From: Escherichia phage HY01
Strand: one strand, 5' to 3'
DNA length: 64,000 bases
Sequence record: NC_027349.1
The position numbers and the translations under genes were made by a program. The number at the start of each line of letters is the position of its first letter. The stretch's first letter is position 1. Of this stretch, positions 48,195 to 59,209 are shown piece by piece. Under the pieces are notes generated by a model. It searched no databases. It was not told where the DNA came from and saw only the letters and a program-made list of their open reading frames with translations.

Positions 48195-48944
48195 ATGGCA
48201 AACATTATTCGTTGTAAATTACCAGATGGTGTTCATCGTTTTAAACCATTTACGGTAGAAGATTATCGAGATTTTTTGTTAGTTCGAAACGATATAGAAC
48301 ATCGGTCACCACAAGAACAAAAAGAAATAATTGCTGATTTAATTGCCGATTATTTTGGAGACTATCCGAAGACTTGGCAACCATTTATATTTTTACAGGT
48401 ATTTGTAGGGTCAATAGGCAAAACTAAAGTACCGGTCACATTTGTATGCCCAAAATGTAAAAAAGAAAAGACAGTTCCATTTGAAATATATCAAAAAGAA
48501 TTAAAGGAACCTATTTTTGACGTAGCTAATGTTAGAATTAAATTAAATTTTCCTTCTGAGTTTTATGAAAATAAAGCAAAGATGATTACTGAAAATATTC
48601 ATTCTGTTCAAGTAGATGAAATATGGTATGATTGGAAGGAAATTAGTGAATCAAGTCAAATAGAACTTGTTGACGCCATTGAGATAGAAACATTAGAAAA
48701 AATTCTCGATGCAATGAATCCTATTAATTTAACACTGCATATGTCGTGTTGTAATAAGTATGTAAAAAAATACACTGATATAGTAGATGTGTTTAAGCTA
48801 TTAGTTAATCCAGATGAGATATTTACTTTTTATCAAATTAATCACACACTTGTAAAAAGTAATTATAGCTTAAATTCAATAATGAAAATGATTCCTGCTG
48901 AGCGCGGATTCGTATTAAAACTGATTGAGAAGGATAAACAATAA
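48195..48944 (+). CDS. 51: gp51 baseplate hub assembly catalyst (249 aa)
   Basis: length and synteny. Confidence 0.9.
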   Translation: MANIIRCKLPDGVHRFKPFTVEDYRDFLLVRNDIEHRSPQEQKEIIADLIADYFGDYPKTWQPFIFLQVFVGSIGKTKVPVTFVCPKCKKEKTVPFEIYQKELKEPIFDVANVRIKLNFPSEFYENKAKMITENIHSVQVDEIWYDWKEISESSQIELVDAIEIETLEKILDAMNPINLTLHMSCCNKYVKKYTDIVDVFKLLVNPDEIFTFYQINHTLVKSNYSLNSIMKMIPAERGFVLKLIEKDKQ

Positions 48945-50119
48945 TGAGTATGTTGCAACGCCCCGGATATCCAAATCTCAGCGTTAAATTATTTGAGAGT
49001 TATGACGCTTGGAGTAATAATAGATTTGTTGAATTAGCTGCTACTATTACCACATTAACTATGCGGGATTCTCTTTATGGTCGAAATGAAGGAATGCTAC
49101 AGTTTTATGATTCTAAAAATATCCATACAAAAATGGATGGGAACGAAATAATTCAGATTTCTGTAGCTAATGCAAACTATATTAATAATGTTAAAACAAG
49201 AATTTATGGATGTAAGCATTTTTCTGTATCTGTAGATTCAAAGGGCGATAACATCATTGCTATTGAATTGGGAACTATTCATTCCATAGAAAATCTTAAA
49301 TTTGGCAGACCGTTTTTCTCTGATGTAGGTGAATCTATAAAGGAAATGCTTGGCGTCATTTACCAGGATCGCACATTATTAACTCCAGCGATAAATGCTA
49401 TAAATGCTTATGTTCCTGATATTCCGTGGACTAGTACATTTGAAAACTATTTGTCATATGTCAGAGAAGTTGCTCTAGCTGTAGGAAGTGACAAATTTGT
49501 GTTTGTGTGGCAAGACATCATGGGAGTTAACATGATGGACTATGATATGATGATAAATCAAGAACCATATCCAATGATTGTTGGTGAGCCATCTTTAATA
49601 GGTCAATTCATCCAAGAATTAAAATATCCATTAGCATATGATTTCGTTTGGTTGACTAAATCGAATCCTCACAAACGTGACCCAATGAAAAATGCTACTA
49701 TCTATGCTCATTCATTTTTAGATTCTTCATTGCCAATGATTACTACAGGAAAGGGCGAAAACTCTATTGTAGTGTCAAGGTCAGGTGCTTATTCTGAAAT
49801 GACTTATAGGAATGGCTATGAAGAAGCTATTCGTCTTCAAACTATGGCGCAATATGACGGCTATGCTAAATGTTCTACTGTCGGTAATTTTAACTTAACC
49901 CCTGGCGTTAAAATTATTTTTAATGATAGTAAAAACCAATTTAAAACAGAATTTTACGTTGATGAAGTCATCCATGAATTATCAAATAATAATTCAGTAA
50001 CTCATCTATATATGTTCACTAATGCAACGAAACTGGAAACAATAGACCCAGTTAAGGTTAAAAATGAATTTAAATCTGATACTACCACTGAAGAAAGTAG
50101 TTCTTCCAATAAGCAATAA
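48944..50119 (+). CDS. 27: gp27 baseplate hub protein (391 aa)
   Basis: length and synteny. Confidence 0.9.
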   Translation: MSMLQRPGYPNLSVKLFESYDAWSNNRFVELAATITTLTMRDSLYGRNEGMLQFYDSKNIHTKMDGNEIIQISVANANYINNVKTRIYGCKHFSVSVDSKGDNIIAIELGTIHSIENLKFGRPFFSDVGESIKEMLGVIYQDRTLLTPAINAINAYVPDIPWTSTFENYLSYVREVALAVGSDKFVFVWQDIMGVNMMDYDMMINQEPYPMIVGEPSLIGQFIQELKYPLAYDFVWLTKSNPHKRDPMKNATIYAHSFLDSSLPMITTGKGENSIVVSRSGAYSEMTYRNGYEEAIRLQTMAQYDGYAKCSTVGNFNLTPGVKIIFNDSKNQFKTEFYVDEVIHELSNNNSVTHLYMFTNATKLETIDPVKVKNEFKSDTTTEESSSSNKQ

Positions 50120-50597
50120 AGAAGTTTCTATTCCTAAAATGGGTCTTAAACATTATAACATTTTAAAAGATGTTAAAGGACCCGATGAAAATTTAAAACT
50201 TTTGATCGATTCTATTTGTCCAAATTTATCACCGGCAGAAGTTGATTTCGTTTCTATTCATTTATTGGAATTTAATGGAAAGATTAAATCTCGTAAAGAA
50301 ATAGATGGTTATACTTATGACATTAATGATGTTTATGTATGCCAAAGATTGGAATTTCAATACCAAGGAAATACATTTTATTTTAGACCTCCTGGAAAAT
50401 TTGAACAATTTTTAACTGTGAGCGATATGTTATCCAAATGCTTGCTTAAGGTCAATGATGAAGTTAAAGAAATTAATTTTCTTGAGATGCCAGCATTCGT
50501 TTTAAAATGGGCAAATGATATTTCTACAACTTTAGCAATTCCTGGCCCTAATGGTCCAATAACTGGAATTGGTAATATTATTGGATTATTTGAATGA
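50064..50597 (+). CDS. 28: gp28 baseplate hub distal subunit (177 aa)
   Basis: length and synteny; overlaps the gene 27 3-prime end. Confidence 0.85.
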   Translation: MNLNLILPLKKVVLPISNKEVSIPKMGLKHYNILKDVKGPDENLKLLIDSICPNLSPAEVDFVSIHLLEFNGKIKSRKEIDGYTYDINDVYVCQRLEFQYQGNTFYFRPPGKFEQFLTVSDMLSKCLLKVNDEVKEINFLEMPAFVLKWANDISTTLAIPGPNGPITGIGNIIGLFE

Positions 50598-52366
50598 AAA
50601 AGCCACAAGAAATGCAAACGATGCGTAGAAAAGTTATTTCAGATAATAAACCAACACAGGAAGCGGCTAAATCCGCTTCTAATACTTTATCTGGACTTAA
50701 CGATATATCTACGAAATTGGATGATGCTCAAGCTGCTTCTGAATTAATTGCTCAAACTGTCGAAGAAAAATCGAATGAAATAATTGGAGCAATTGACAAT
50801 GTAGAAAGCGCAGTGAGTGATACTACTGCTGGTTCTGAGTTAATTGCTGAAACTGTTGAAATTGGCAATAATATTAATAAAGAAATCGGCGAATCGCTCG
50901 GGAGCAAATTAGATAAATTAACGAGTTTACTAGAGCAAAAAATTCAGACAGCTGGAATTCAACAGACTGGAACTAGTTTAGCCACGGTTGAAAGCGCTAT
51001 TCCTGTTAAAGTTGTTGAGGACGATACAGCTGAATCTGTGGGTCCTTTATTACCGGCTCCTGAAGCAGTTAATAATGATCCTGATGCTGATTTTTTCCCT
51101 ACCCCTCAGCCAGTTGAACCCAAACAAGAATCGCCAGAAGAAAAACAGAAAAAAGAAGCATTTAATTTAAAATTATCTCAAGCTTTAGATAAATTAACAA
51201 AGACTGTTGATTTTGGATTTAAAAAATCCATTTCAATTACTGATAAAATATCAAGTATGTTATTTAAGTATACTGTCAGTGCTGCTATTGAAGCCGCTAA
51301 AATGACTGCAATGATATTGGCTGTTGTTGTTGGAATAGATCTGCTGATGGTTCACTTTAAATATTGGTCAGATAAATTTTCGCAGGCTTGGGATTTGTTT
51401 AGTACAGACTTTACTAAATTCTCTAGCGAAACCGGAACATGGGGTCCTTTATTACAGAGCATCTTTAGTTCTATTGATGAAATTAAAAAATTCTGGGAAG
51501 AGGGAGATTGGGGCGGTTTGACGGTAGCTATTGTAGAAGGGCTTGGAAAGGTTCTTTATAATTTAGGAGAACTTATTCAGCTTGGAATGGCTAAATTATC
51601 TGCTGCAATTCTTCGAGTCATTCCTGGTATGAAGGATACTGCTGATGAAGTAGAAGGAAGAGCGCTGGAAAATTTCCAAAATTCTACTGGAGCATCTCTC
51701 AATAAAGAAGACCAGGAAAAAGTTGCAAATTATCAAGATAAAAGAATGAACGGAGACCTTGGTCCGATAGCAAAAGGATTAGATAAAATTGCTAATTGGA
51801 AAACCCGTGCATCTAACTGGATTCGTGGCGTTGATAATAAAGAAGCACTAACTACCGACGAAGAACGTGCAGCAGAAGAAGAAAAATTAAAGCAACTTTC
51901 GCCAGAAGAAAGAAAAAATGCTTTAATGAAGGCTAATGAAGCCCGCGCCGCGATGATTCGTTTTGAAAAATATGCTGATTCAGCTGATATGAGTAAAGAC
52001 TCAACGGTTAAATCAGTTGAAGCTGCCTATGAAGACCTTAAAAAACGGATGGATGACCCGGATTTAAATAATTCACCGGCAGTTAAAAAAGAACTTGCTG
52101 CTAGATTTTCTAAAATTGATGCTACTTATCAAGAGCTCAAGAAAAATCAGCCTAATGCCAAACCTGAAACTTCTGCTAAATCGCCAGAAGCAAAACAAGT
52201 CCAGGTAATAGAAAAGAACAAAGCACAGCAAGCTCCTGTTCAACAAGCATCTCCTTCGATCAATAATACTAATAATGTTATTAAGAAAAATACTGTCGTT
52301 CATAATATGACACCCGTAACGAGCACGACTGCTCCTGGTGTATTTGATGCGACTGGAGTTAATTAA
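50594..52366 (+). CDS. 29: gp29 baseplate hub / tail length determinator (590 aa)
   Basis: length and synteny. Confidence 0.9.
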   Translation: MKKPQEMQTMRRKVISDNKPTQEAAKSASNTLSGLNDISTKLDDAQAASELIAQTVEEKSNEIIGAIDNVESAVSDTTAGSELIAETVEIGNNINKEIGESLGSKLDKLTSLLEQKIQTAGIQQTGTSLATVESAIPVKVVEDDTAESVGPLLPAPEAVNNDPDADFFPTPQPVEPKQESPEEKQKKEAFNLKLSQALDKLTKTVDFGFKKSISITDKISSMLFKYTVSAAIEAAKMTAMILAVVVGIDLLMVHFKYWSDKFSQAWDLFSTDFTKFSSETGTWGPLLQSIFSSIDEIKKFWEEGDWGGLTVAIVEGLGKVLYNLGELIQLGMAKLSAAILRVIPGMKDTADEVEGRALENFQNSTGASLNKEDQEKVANYQDKRMNGDLGPIAKGLDKIANWKTRASNWIRGVDNKEALTTDEERAAEEEKLKQLSPEERKNALMKANEARAAMIRFEKYADSADMSKDSTVKSVEAAYEDLKKRMDDPDLNNSPAVKKELAARFSKIDATYQELKKNQPNAKPETSAKSPEAKQVQVIEKNKAQQAPVQQASPSINNTNNVIKKNTVVHNMTPVTSTTAPGVFDATGVN

Positions 52367-52374
52367 GGAATAAT

Positions 52375-53469
52375 ATGGCAATTGTTAAAGAAATAACTGC
52401 TGATTTAATTAAAAAGTCCGGTGAGAAAATTTCAGCCGGACAGAGTACTAAATCAGAAGTAGCAACTAAAACATACACTGCCCAGTTTCCAACTGGGCGT
52501 GCTAGTGGTAATGACACTACAGGGGACTTCCAGGTAACAGATCTATATAAGAATGGATTATTATTTACTGCATACAATATGTCATCTAGGGATTCTGGAA
52601 GTCTTAGATCGATGAGATCTAACTACTCTTCTTCATCTTCGAGTATTTTAAGTACAGCTAGAAACACTATTAGTAGTACAGTATCAAAACTATCAAATGG
52701 ATTAATATCAAACAATAATTCAGGAACAATAAGTAAAGCTCCTGTCGCAAACATTCTTTTACCGAGATCTAAATCTGACGTTGATACATCATCACATAGA
52801 TTTAATGATGTTCAAGAAAGTCTTATCAGCAGAGGCGGAGGTACTGCTACTGGTGTGTTAAGTAATATTGCTTCAACTGCAGTATTTGGGGCACTGGAAA
52901 GTATAACACAAGGTATAATGGCTGATAATAATGAACAGATTTATACGACAGCCAGAAGTATGTATGGTGGTGCTGAGAATAGAACTAAAGTGTTTACATG
53001 GGATTTGACTCCACGTTCAACAGAAGATTTGATGGCTATTATCAATATCTATCAATATTTTAACTATTTTTCTTATGGTGAAACTGGTAAATCTCAATAT
53101 GCTGCTGAAATAAAGGGGTATTTAGATGATTGGTATCGTTCTACGTTAATTGAACCTTTATCTCCGGAAGACGCAGCTAAAAATAAAACACTATTTGAGA
53201 AAATGACATCGAGTTTAACTAACGTTCTAGTAGTTTCAAACCCGACAATTTGGATGGTGAAAAACTTTGGTGCAACATCTAAGTTTGATGGAAAAACGGA
53301 AATATTTGGCCCATGTCAAATACAGAGCATCAGATTTGATAAAACGCCTAATGGTAACTTTAACGGATTAGCTATTGCTCCAAACCTCCCTAGTACATTT
53401 ACTCTTGAGATTACTATGAGAGAAATTATCACGTTAAACCGTGCTTCTTTATATGCGGGGACTTTTTAA
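52375..53469 (+). CDS. 48: gp48 baseplate-tail tube junction protein (364 aa)
   Basis: length and synteny. Confidence 0.9.
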   Translation: MAIVKEITADLIKKSGEKISAGQSTKSEVATKTYTAQFPTGRASGNDTTGDFQVTDLYKNGLLFTAYNMSSRDSGSLRSMRSNYSSSSSSILSTARNTISSTVSKLSNGLISNNNSGTISKAPVANILLPRSKSDVDTSSHRFNDVQESLISRGGGTATGVLSNIASTAVFGALESITQGIMADNNEQIYTTARSMYGGAENRTKVFTWDLTPRSTEDLMAIINIYQYFNYFSYGETGKSQYAAEIKGYLDDWYRSTLIEPLSPEDAAKNKTLFEKMTSSLTNVLVVSNPTIWMVKNFGATSKFDGKTEIFGPCQIQSIRFDKTPNGNFNGLAIAPNLPSTFTLEITMREIITLNRASLYAGTF

Positions 53470-54434
53470 TGTATTCTTTAGAGGAATTTAATAATCAAGC
53501 AATAAACGCAGATTTCCAGCGTAATAATATGTTTAGCTGCGTTTTTGCGACAACTCCATCAACTAAAAGCTCTTCGTTGATAAGTTCAATTAGCAACTTT
53601 TCTTATAATAACTTGGGCCTAAATTCAGATTGGTTAGGATTGACTCAAGGCGATATTAATCAGGGAATTACCACGCTAATTACCGCTGGCACACAAAAAC
53701 TGATAAGAAAATCAGGGGTTAGTAAATATCTTATTGGTGCCATGAGTCAACGTACAGTTCAAAGTTTATTGGGCTCATTTACAGTTGGTACATATTTAAT
53801 TGACTTCTTTAATATGGCATATAATTCATCTGGATTGATGATATACTCTGTAAAAATGCCAGAGAATAGATTATCCTATGAAACTGACTGGAACTATAAT
53901 TCTCCTAATATTCGTATAACTGGGAGAGAATTAGACCCTTTGGTTATTTCATTTAGAATGGATTCAGAAGCTTGTAACTATCGTGCGATGCAAGACTGGG
54001 TTAACGCTGTTCAAGACCCAGTAACTGGACTGCGTGCTTTGCCACAAGATGTCGAGGCAGATATTCAGGTTAATCTTCATGCTCGTAATGGATTACCTCA
54101 TACTGCAGTGATGTTCACCGGATGCATTCCAGTGTCAGTGAGCGCTCCTGAGTTATCATATGATGGAGATAACCAAATAACTACATTTGATGTTACTTTT
54201 GCGTATAGAGTCATGCAGGCTGGGTCGGTTGATAGACAAGCTGCGCTTGAGTGGCTTGAATCTGCTGCTATAAATGGCATTCAAAGCGTTCTCGGAAATA
54301 GTGGAGGTGTTACTGGATTATCTAATTCGCTTTCACGACTTAGTAGATTAGGGGGAACTGCTGGAAGCATTTCAAACATTAATACTATGACAGGAATTGT
54401 CAATTCGCAAAGTAAAATATTAGGAGCAATATAA
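53469..54434 (+). CDS. 54: gp54 baseplate-tail tube initiator (321 aa)
   Basis: length and synteny. Confidence 0.9.
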   Translation: MYSLEEFNNQAINADFQRNNMFSCVFATTPSTKSSSLISSISNFSYNNLGLNSDWLGLTQGDINQGITTLITAGTQKLIRKSGVSKYLIGAMSQRTVQSLLGSFTVGTYLIDFFNMAYNSSGLMIYSVKMPENRLSYETDWNYNSPNIRITGRELDPLVISFRMDSEACNYRAMQDWVNAVQDPVTGLRALPQDVEADIQVNLHARNGLPHTAVMFTGCIPVSVSAPELSYDGDNQITTFDVTFAYRVMQAGSVDRQAALEWLESAAINGIQSVLGNSGGVTGLSNSLSRLSRLGGTAGSISNINTMTGIVNSQSKILGAI

Positions 54435-54437
54435 CAA

Positions 54438-54457
54438 TGGGGACCGAAAGGTCCCCA
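54438..54457. terminator. bidirectional hairpin TGGGGACC-GAAA-GGTCCCCA between gene 54 and the convergent alt-region transcript
   Basis: perfect 8-bp stem with T-runs. Confidence 0.6.
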
Positions 54458-54462
54458 TATTT

Positions 54463-54753
54463 TTATTTACGGAATGAAATAAAAGCAGCAACTGAAGCAA
54501 CTAAACTGTCTTCAATATAAACTTCAATTTTTACCGGAGCTTCTGACTCAAATTTACCTGTTACTACACCTTGGAAAATGCTTTCAGTCTGTTCTGGCTT
54601 TGAAAAATTTTCAGAAGGAAAAATTCCGAACTTTTTATCTGTTCCAAAAATTTTGATAAATTCATCATAAACTGCTTCATTAAAAGCGTTATCAGCAGGA
54701 ATAACGCCTTCAACTACAAGTTCTTGACCTAAAAAGCGTAAAGAAGATTTCAT
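54463..54753 (-). CDS. hypothetical protein (96 aa) downstream of alt
   Basis: ORF with GAGGAA RBS and its own early-type promoter. Confidence 0.6.
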   Translation of the reverse strand: MKSSLRFLGQELVVEGVIPADNAFNEAVYDEFIKIFGTDKKFGIFPSENFSKPEQTESIFQGVVTGKFESEAPVKIEVYIEDSLVASVAAFISFRK

Positions 54754-54784
54754 TTTGTGTTCCTCATGTTATGTCAGTAAGATT

Positions 54785-54814
54785 ATTATAACACAACACG
54801 AGGGACTTGTAAAC
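54785..54814 (-). promoter_or_regulatory. early-type promoter (-35 GTTTAC overlapping the alt stop, 18-nt spacer, -10 TATAAT)
   Basis: minus strand GTTTACAAGTCCCTCGTGTTGTGTTATAAT. Confidence 0.5.
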
Positions 54815-56871
54815 TACATCTTGAACTTTTTAGACATTCCGTTGATGTTAACCAAAGAAGCCAAGATTTGAGAAACTTCGTTTTCCTCTTCTTTTGATTC
54901 TTCTACAAGGAATTGATTAAACCCAGCCATTGGACGAACTTCACCAGTTTCCATTAGATGATCGCCATCATATACCGATTCTTCTAATTGTTCAGAAGGA
55001 GGAACGATTGTGCCTTCAATTAGATACTTGTTATAAGCAGTTTCTTTCATCATGTACGTGCTTACTTTATTAATCTTCAACAAAATTCCACGCGGTAGAA
55101 TAACTTCAGCTTCTGATGGAAATCCCGATAAATGACCTGGAACGATAACTTTGATTCGCTCAGCCCCTTTAATTACCATACCTACGCTAGTTTCAGCATC
55201 TTCATTCGCATAAGCAGAATGACTGCCCATATGCATTAAATCTTCAGCATCAACAGAACCTTCTCCTTCACCAGAAAATACTGCGCCGGAATCATCTAGA
55301 GCCATATAGTTTTTACCATGCTCACCGAAGATATTTGGTTTAAGCGATGTTGATACGAAGTTCTTGAAATAGAACATTTTATTTTCAATATTATGGCGTA
55401 AAGTTTTAAAAGTAACTTCTTGTCCACGATAAAGCGTAGTTCCTGGAGGAAGAACTGAACCTTTGGCAAAGGCAGAATCCAGCGTCTCGATGTGTTTAAT
55501 AGCTCGTTCCATATATTCTTCACGGGTAGAATCTGGTTTACCCAAGAGGAACGAGTTCATTTCAACATATGAATCTGCACAATAATCTTCAATTACATCA
55601 GACTCAGCCTGAGTCAGTCCTTTTGGAGTTACTTCGGTGCTTGCGTATTCATATGCCTGAGCAGCAGATTCATTAATCAATTTATAAATGCCATTCATGA
55701 CAAATTGAATAATAGCTACCTTTTCGTCTGGCGTGGCTTTAGAACCTTTAACTAAATCATTGATAATTTTCTTAATAACATCAAAGCTATTAGAAATATT
55801 AATGTCAGCGAGATCGCTCAAAATTTTATCGGTTTTATAATCAAAGAATTCTTTATTCTTTAAATATTCTTGAGAACCTTGATGTGTTATATCGCTCTGC
55901 AGTCTGATAGACGGATCACGTAAACGTGCATGGGCCAATGCAATATGATTTCGGAAGCTTTCTAGTTCATAATCGTTAGATTTAAAACGAGAAGCACTTC
56001 TCATACCACCGATAGCTCCTTTACCGAAGTTTGAACCAATCTGAATAACGCCAGAGTTCATTGGTCCTTCTGCTTTATATACCGGAACTTTAGATTCAAA
56101 CTCTTGATATTTCTTAGCGGCAAAGCTATCACCCTGAAGCGAAGCATCGACAGTAGAATATTGAGCTTGCGCTGCTAATCGACGACTAATTTTAGTTTTC
56201 TGAATAACAGCTTGATCCGTGCGCTTATCATTTTCTAAAGCAATAGAAGCGGCAACAGCAACAGCTTTAGGAACAGCATTACCTGTTTTAACATCTACAT
56301 AAACATCACCAACCTTTGATTCAACTTTTGTGAATAACTCAGTTGAAATAGGAGGTACACCTGGAATGTCTTCTAAATTAGCATTTTTACGGTAAACCAT
56401 AATATATGCGTACTTTTTATCGTAATCCCAGATTTCCTTTAAAAGAACATATCGACCTGCTCCTTTAGTACGTACTAAACGGTCGGCAATAACTTGCATT
56501 TGACGAGCTGCACCATTTGTTTTACTCTTTAGTACGCGGAATAAGCATGCGTCAATTTTGTATTGTTTCATTGTCTGAAGAGCAGTATCAAAAACCGCAT
56601 TAATGACACCAATTGGATTTCCACCCAAGTTTTTAAGTTTAACTAATGATAGTTTCTCATTAACACCTATCATTACGATATGCATCATTTTATCGCCTGG
56701 CTTAACGTTTTTATTTGTATCACCGCCAGAGGTGTATGTACAAAATCTAAATCCAGGAAGCACGCTTTCTTCACCGGCTTGAATAGCAAAAATTTGAGGT
56801 ATTTTATGCTTAGGATTTAAGTTAACAACCGGCGCCGAAGCGCCGTCAAATAATTCTGTAATAAGTTCCAT
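54814..56871 (-). CDS. alt: Alt-like ADP-ribosyltransferase, paralog A (685 aa; N-terminus MELITELFD)
   Basis: R-S-E ART motifs (TLYRGQ, FVSTSL, SEAEVILPRG); N-terminal about 230 aa homologous to paralog B; position between 54 and 30 as T4 alt. Confidence 0.85.
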   Translation of the reverse strand: MELITELFDGASAPVVNLNPKHKIPQIFAIQAGEESVLPGFRFCTYTSGGDTNKNVKPGDKMMHIVMIGVNEKLSLVKLKNLGGNPIGVINAVFDTALQTMKQYKIDACLFRVLKSKTNGAARQMQVIADRLVRTKGAGRYVLLKEIWDYDKKYAYIMVYRKNANLEDIPGVPPISTELFTKVESKVGDVYVDVKTGNAVPKAVAVAASIALENDKRTDQAVIQKTKISRRLAAQAQYSTVDASLQGDSFAAKKYQEFESKVPVYKAEGPMNSGVIQIGSNFGKGAIGGMRSASRFKSNDYELESFRNHIALAHARLRDPSIRLQSDITHQGSQEYLKNKEFFDYKTDKILSDLADINISNSFDVIKKIINDLVKGSKATPDEKVAIIQFVMNGIYKLINESAAQAYEYASTEVTPKGLTQAESDVIEDYCADSYVEMNSFLLGKPDSTREEYMERAIKHIETLDSAFAKGSVLPPGTTLYRGQEVTFKTLRHNIENKMFYFKNFVSTSLKPNIFGEHGKNYMALDDSGAVFSGEGEGSVDAEDLMHMGSHSAYANEDAETSVGMVIKGAERIKVIVPGHLSGFPSEAEVILPRGILLKINKVSTYMMKETAYNKYLIEGTIVPPSEQLEESVYDGDHLMETGEVRPMAGFNQFLVEESKEEENEVSQILASLVNINGMSKKFKM

Positions 56872-56874
56872 GAT

Positions 56875-58968
56875 TTATCCTTGAACGAACTTGTAAGGCA
56901 TGTTTGTAATATCTATGCAAGACGCAATAATTCCGAGAGATGATTCTGCTTTCTGTTTAACATTTGATGAAACAAATGATGCAAAGTCAACTCTGTCTTC
57001 TATTTCAATATCACCTGTCATTGCAACTACTTCGCCGGTTTCCATTAAACGGTCACCGTCATAAATTACTGATTCGGTGAGTTCTTCCGTAGTCATAACT
57101 TCAGCTTGAATGAGTTTTGTATTATTAGATGTTGTTCCGTCATTATTAGAAGCATCAGTTATTTTATTAACTTTGACCATCAATCCGCGTGGTAGAATAA
57201 CTTCAGCTTCTGTTGCTATTCCGAGACTTCCTGGATATACAACATTAACTTTATGAGCTCCATCAATTGCCCATCCTATTTGAACTTTAACGTATTCAGG
57301 ATTTTCTTTATACGCTCTTATTTCGTTTGGATTAATAGTTATTCCTTCTTCATTTTTATCAACTGTCAATTCATTACGAGCTTCTGGTTCTAAAAGACCA
57401 ATACCAGCATGTGTAATTCCAAAACGTCCAAAAATGATAGGAGTTAAAGAAGTAGATACAAAATTTCTGAAATAGAATACTTTATTTTTAACTAGTGCTT
57501 CGTATATAGGAGCAGTCATACTTTGAGCACGATAAACTGTAATGCCTTCTGGTATACGGTCGCCATTTTCAAAAGCTGAATCTAAGTTATTTATAGCAGA
57601 TTCAATTTCTTTTTCACTCATTACATCATATCGTTCTGGATTGTAGCGTCCTAAAAGAAGATTATTGATGTCAGTATATCCTGAACCGCAATACTCTCTA
57701 ATGCCACGCTTTTGTGATGGAGTATATTTAGAACCATCACGGGCAATAGTAATATCAATCATTGGACCTGCACCAATTCCAGAAAAACTATAAATCATTC
57801 TTTTGAGGAATTTAGTTTTTGCTGCGTTCCAGGAATTTTTAGTTATTTCTTCCCAGACTTCATCTGGCTGTCCTTTACGGGTTTTATTATGTTTATCAAG
57901 CCAATTATCTTTATATTCTTCAAAGAGTTGATTAACAGCTGCTGCGTATTTCTCTAAACATTTTATTGAAGTAGTTGGTTCATTTTTAATCGCATTAAGA
58001 ATTACATCTTTAATTTTTTCAGAAACTTCATTAACCTCACTTTTTGAAAAGAATTTATAATCATAGTGAAGTTCATCTGCAGTTCCTTCGGCAATAATTT
58101 TTGCTGTCTTAGTTTTAGAAGCTAATGAATTAATTCCAAGTTTCATTTCTTCTGCTTCAGGAATTAAAGGAGCTGTAGCATGTTTATTAAAATTGGCTGC
58201 GGTAGATTCATACTTCTGGAATAATTCGCTTTCAAATCTAGAAGATTCTAATGACTGGCTTTGTGCAATTGCTCTACGGGAAATTTTAACTTTAACGATT
58301 ACAGCTTGGTCAGAACGTTTATCATTTTCTTGTGCAATAGATGCTGCAATTGCCTCATTTTTAGTTACTTGAGCTCCGGTATCTTTATTGATATAAACAT
58401 CACCGACCTTCGATTCAACTTTAGTAAAGAGCTCGGTACTAATTTCCGGAACTCCTGGAATGTCTTCTAGTGATACATTTTTGCGATGTATAAGAATATA
58501 TGCATACTTTTTATCATAATCCCAGAGTTCCTTAAGAAGGACGTATCTGCCACCTGAACGACTACGGATAAGTCTATCAGCAATAACTTGAATTTGTCGA
58601 GCTTGACCAGCAGTTTTAGACTTAAGAATACGAAGCATGCAGGCATCAATTTTATACTGACGCATCGTCTGCATTGCAACAGTAAAAACTGAATTGATGT
58701 AATTAATTGGACTTGGACCGAGACCTTTTAATTTAGCAATTGAACCTTTAGCAGTTAGTGTAAAAGGAACAATGTGCATCATTTTATCGCCCATCTTTAA
58801 ATCGCGATTAGTATCACCTCCAGATGTATAGGTACATAAACGAAAGCCTGGTTGTTCAATTGCGTCATCAACATGAACTGAAAAAATTTGTGGTATTTTC
58901 TTCTTTGGATTTAAGTTTGTAATCGGAAGAGTAGTATCTTCGTCAAATAATTCTGTAATAAGTTCCAT
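56875..58968 (-). CDS. alt: Alt-like ADP-ribosyltransferase, paralog B (697 aa from second ATG; N-terminus MELITELFD)
   Basis: R-S-E ART motifs (TVYRAQ, FVSTSL, TEAEVILPRG); 3-nt gap to paralog A; late promoter upstream. Confidence 0.85.
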   Translation of the reverse strand: MELITELFDEDTTLPITNLNPKKKIPQIFSVHVDDAIEQPGFRLCTYTSGGDTNRDLKMGDKMMHIVPFTLTAKGSIAKLKGLGPSPINYINSVFTVAMQTMRQYKIDACMLRILKSKTAGQARQIQVIADRLIRSRSGGRYVLLKELWDYDKKYAYILIHRKNVSLEDIPGVPEISTELFTKVESKVGDVYINKDTGAQVTKNEAIAASIAQENDKRSDQAVIVKVKISRRAIAQSQSLESSRFESELFQKYESTAANFNKHATAPLIPEAEEMKLGINSLASKTKTAKIIAEGTADELHYDYKFFSKSEVNEVSEKIKDVILNAIKNEPTTSIKCLEKYAAAVNQLFEEYKDNWLDKHNKTRKGQPDEVWEEITKNSWNAAKTKFLKRMIYSFSGIGAGPMIDITIARDGSKYTPSQKRGIREYCGSGYTDINNLLLGRYNPERYDVMSEKEIESAINNLDSAFENGDRIPEGITVYRAQSMTAPIYEALVKNKVFYFRNFVSTSLTPIIFGRFGITHAGIGLLEPEARNELTVDKNEEGITINPNEIRAYKENPEYVKVQIGWAIDGAHKVNVVYPGSLGIATEAEVILPRGLMVKVNKITDASNNDGTTSNNTKLIQAEVMTTEELTESVIYDGDRLMETGEVVAMTGDIEIEDRVDFASFVSSNVKQKAESSLGIIASCIDITNMPYKFVQG

Positions 58969-58992
58969 CATATCCTCTCTAGTGTTTATTCT

Positions 58993-59000
58993 ATTTATAA
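58993..59000 (-). promoter_or_regulatory. late promoter TATAAATA (minus strand) for the alt paralog pair
   Basis: plus TATTTATA, 25 nt upstream of the alt-B ATG. Confidence 0.55.
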
Positions 59001-59004
59001 AATT

Positions 59005-59022
59005 AAAGGCCCGAAGGCCTTT
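59005..59022 (-). terminator. hairpin AAAGGCC-CGAA-GGCCTTT
   Basis: perfect inverted repeat at the end of the 62-aa gene. Confidence 0.45.
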
Positions 59023-59209
59023 AATAATCTAGTGGTAAGAGAGTACGGTATATTTCAAACTTTGGCCCTTTTTCATAGGCATCAAATGTTTCTGTAAATT
59101 TATTATAAGCATACGCATCTACAAATTCGAGAATGACTTGCGATACCGAAGTAGAAACATCTCCACCTTCTTTTTGAGCTATAACAATTGTTTCTAAGTA
59201 AGCTTTCAT
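59021..59209 (-). CDS. hypothetical protein (62 aa), translationally coupled to ligase
   Basis: ATGA overlap with the gene 30 stop. Confidence 0.55.
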   Translation of the reverse strand: MKAYLETIVIAQKEGGDVSTSVSQVILEFVDAYAYNKFTETFDAYEKGPKFEIYRTLLPLDY

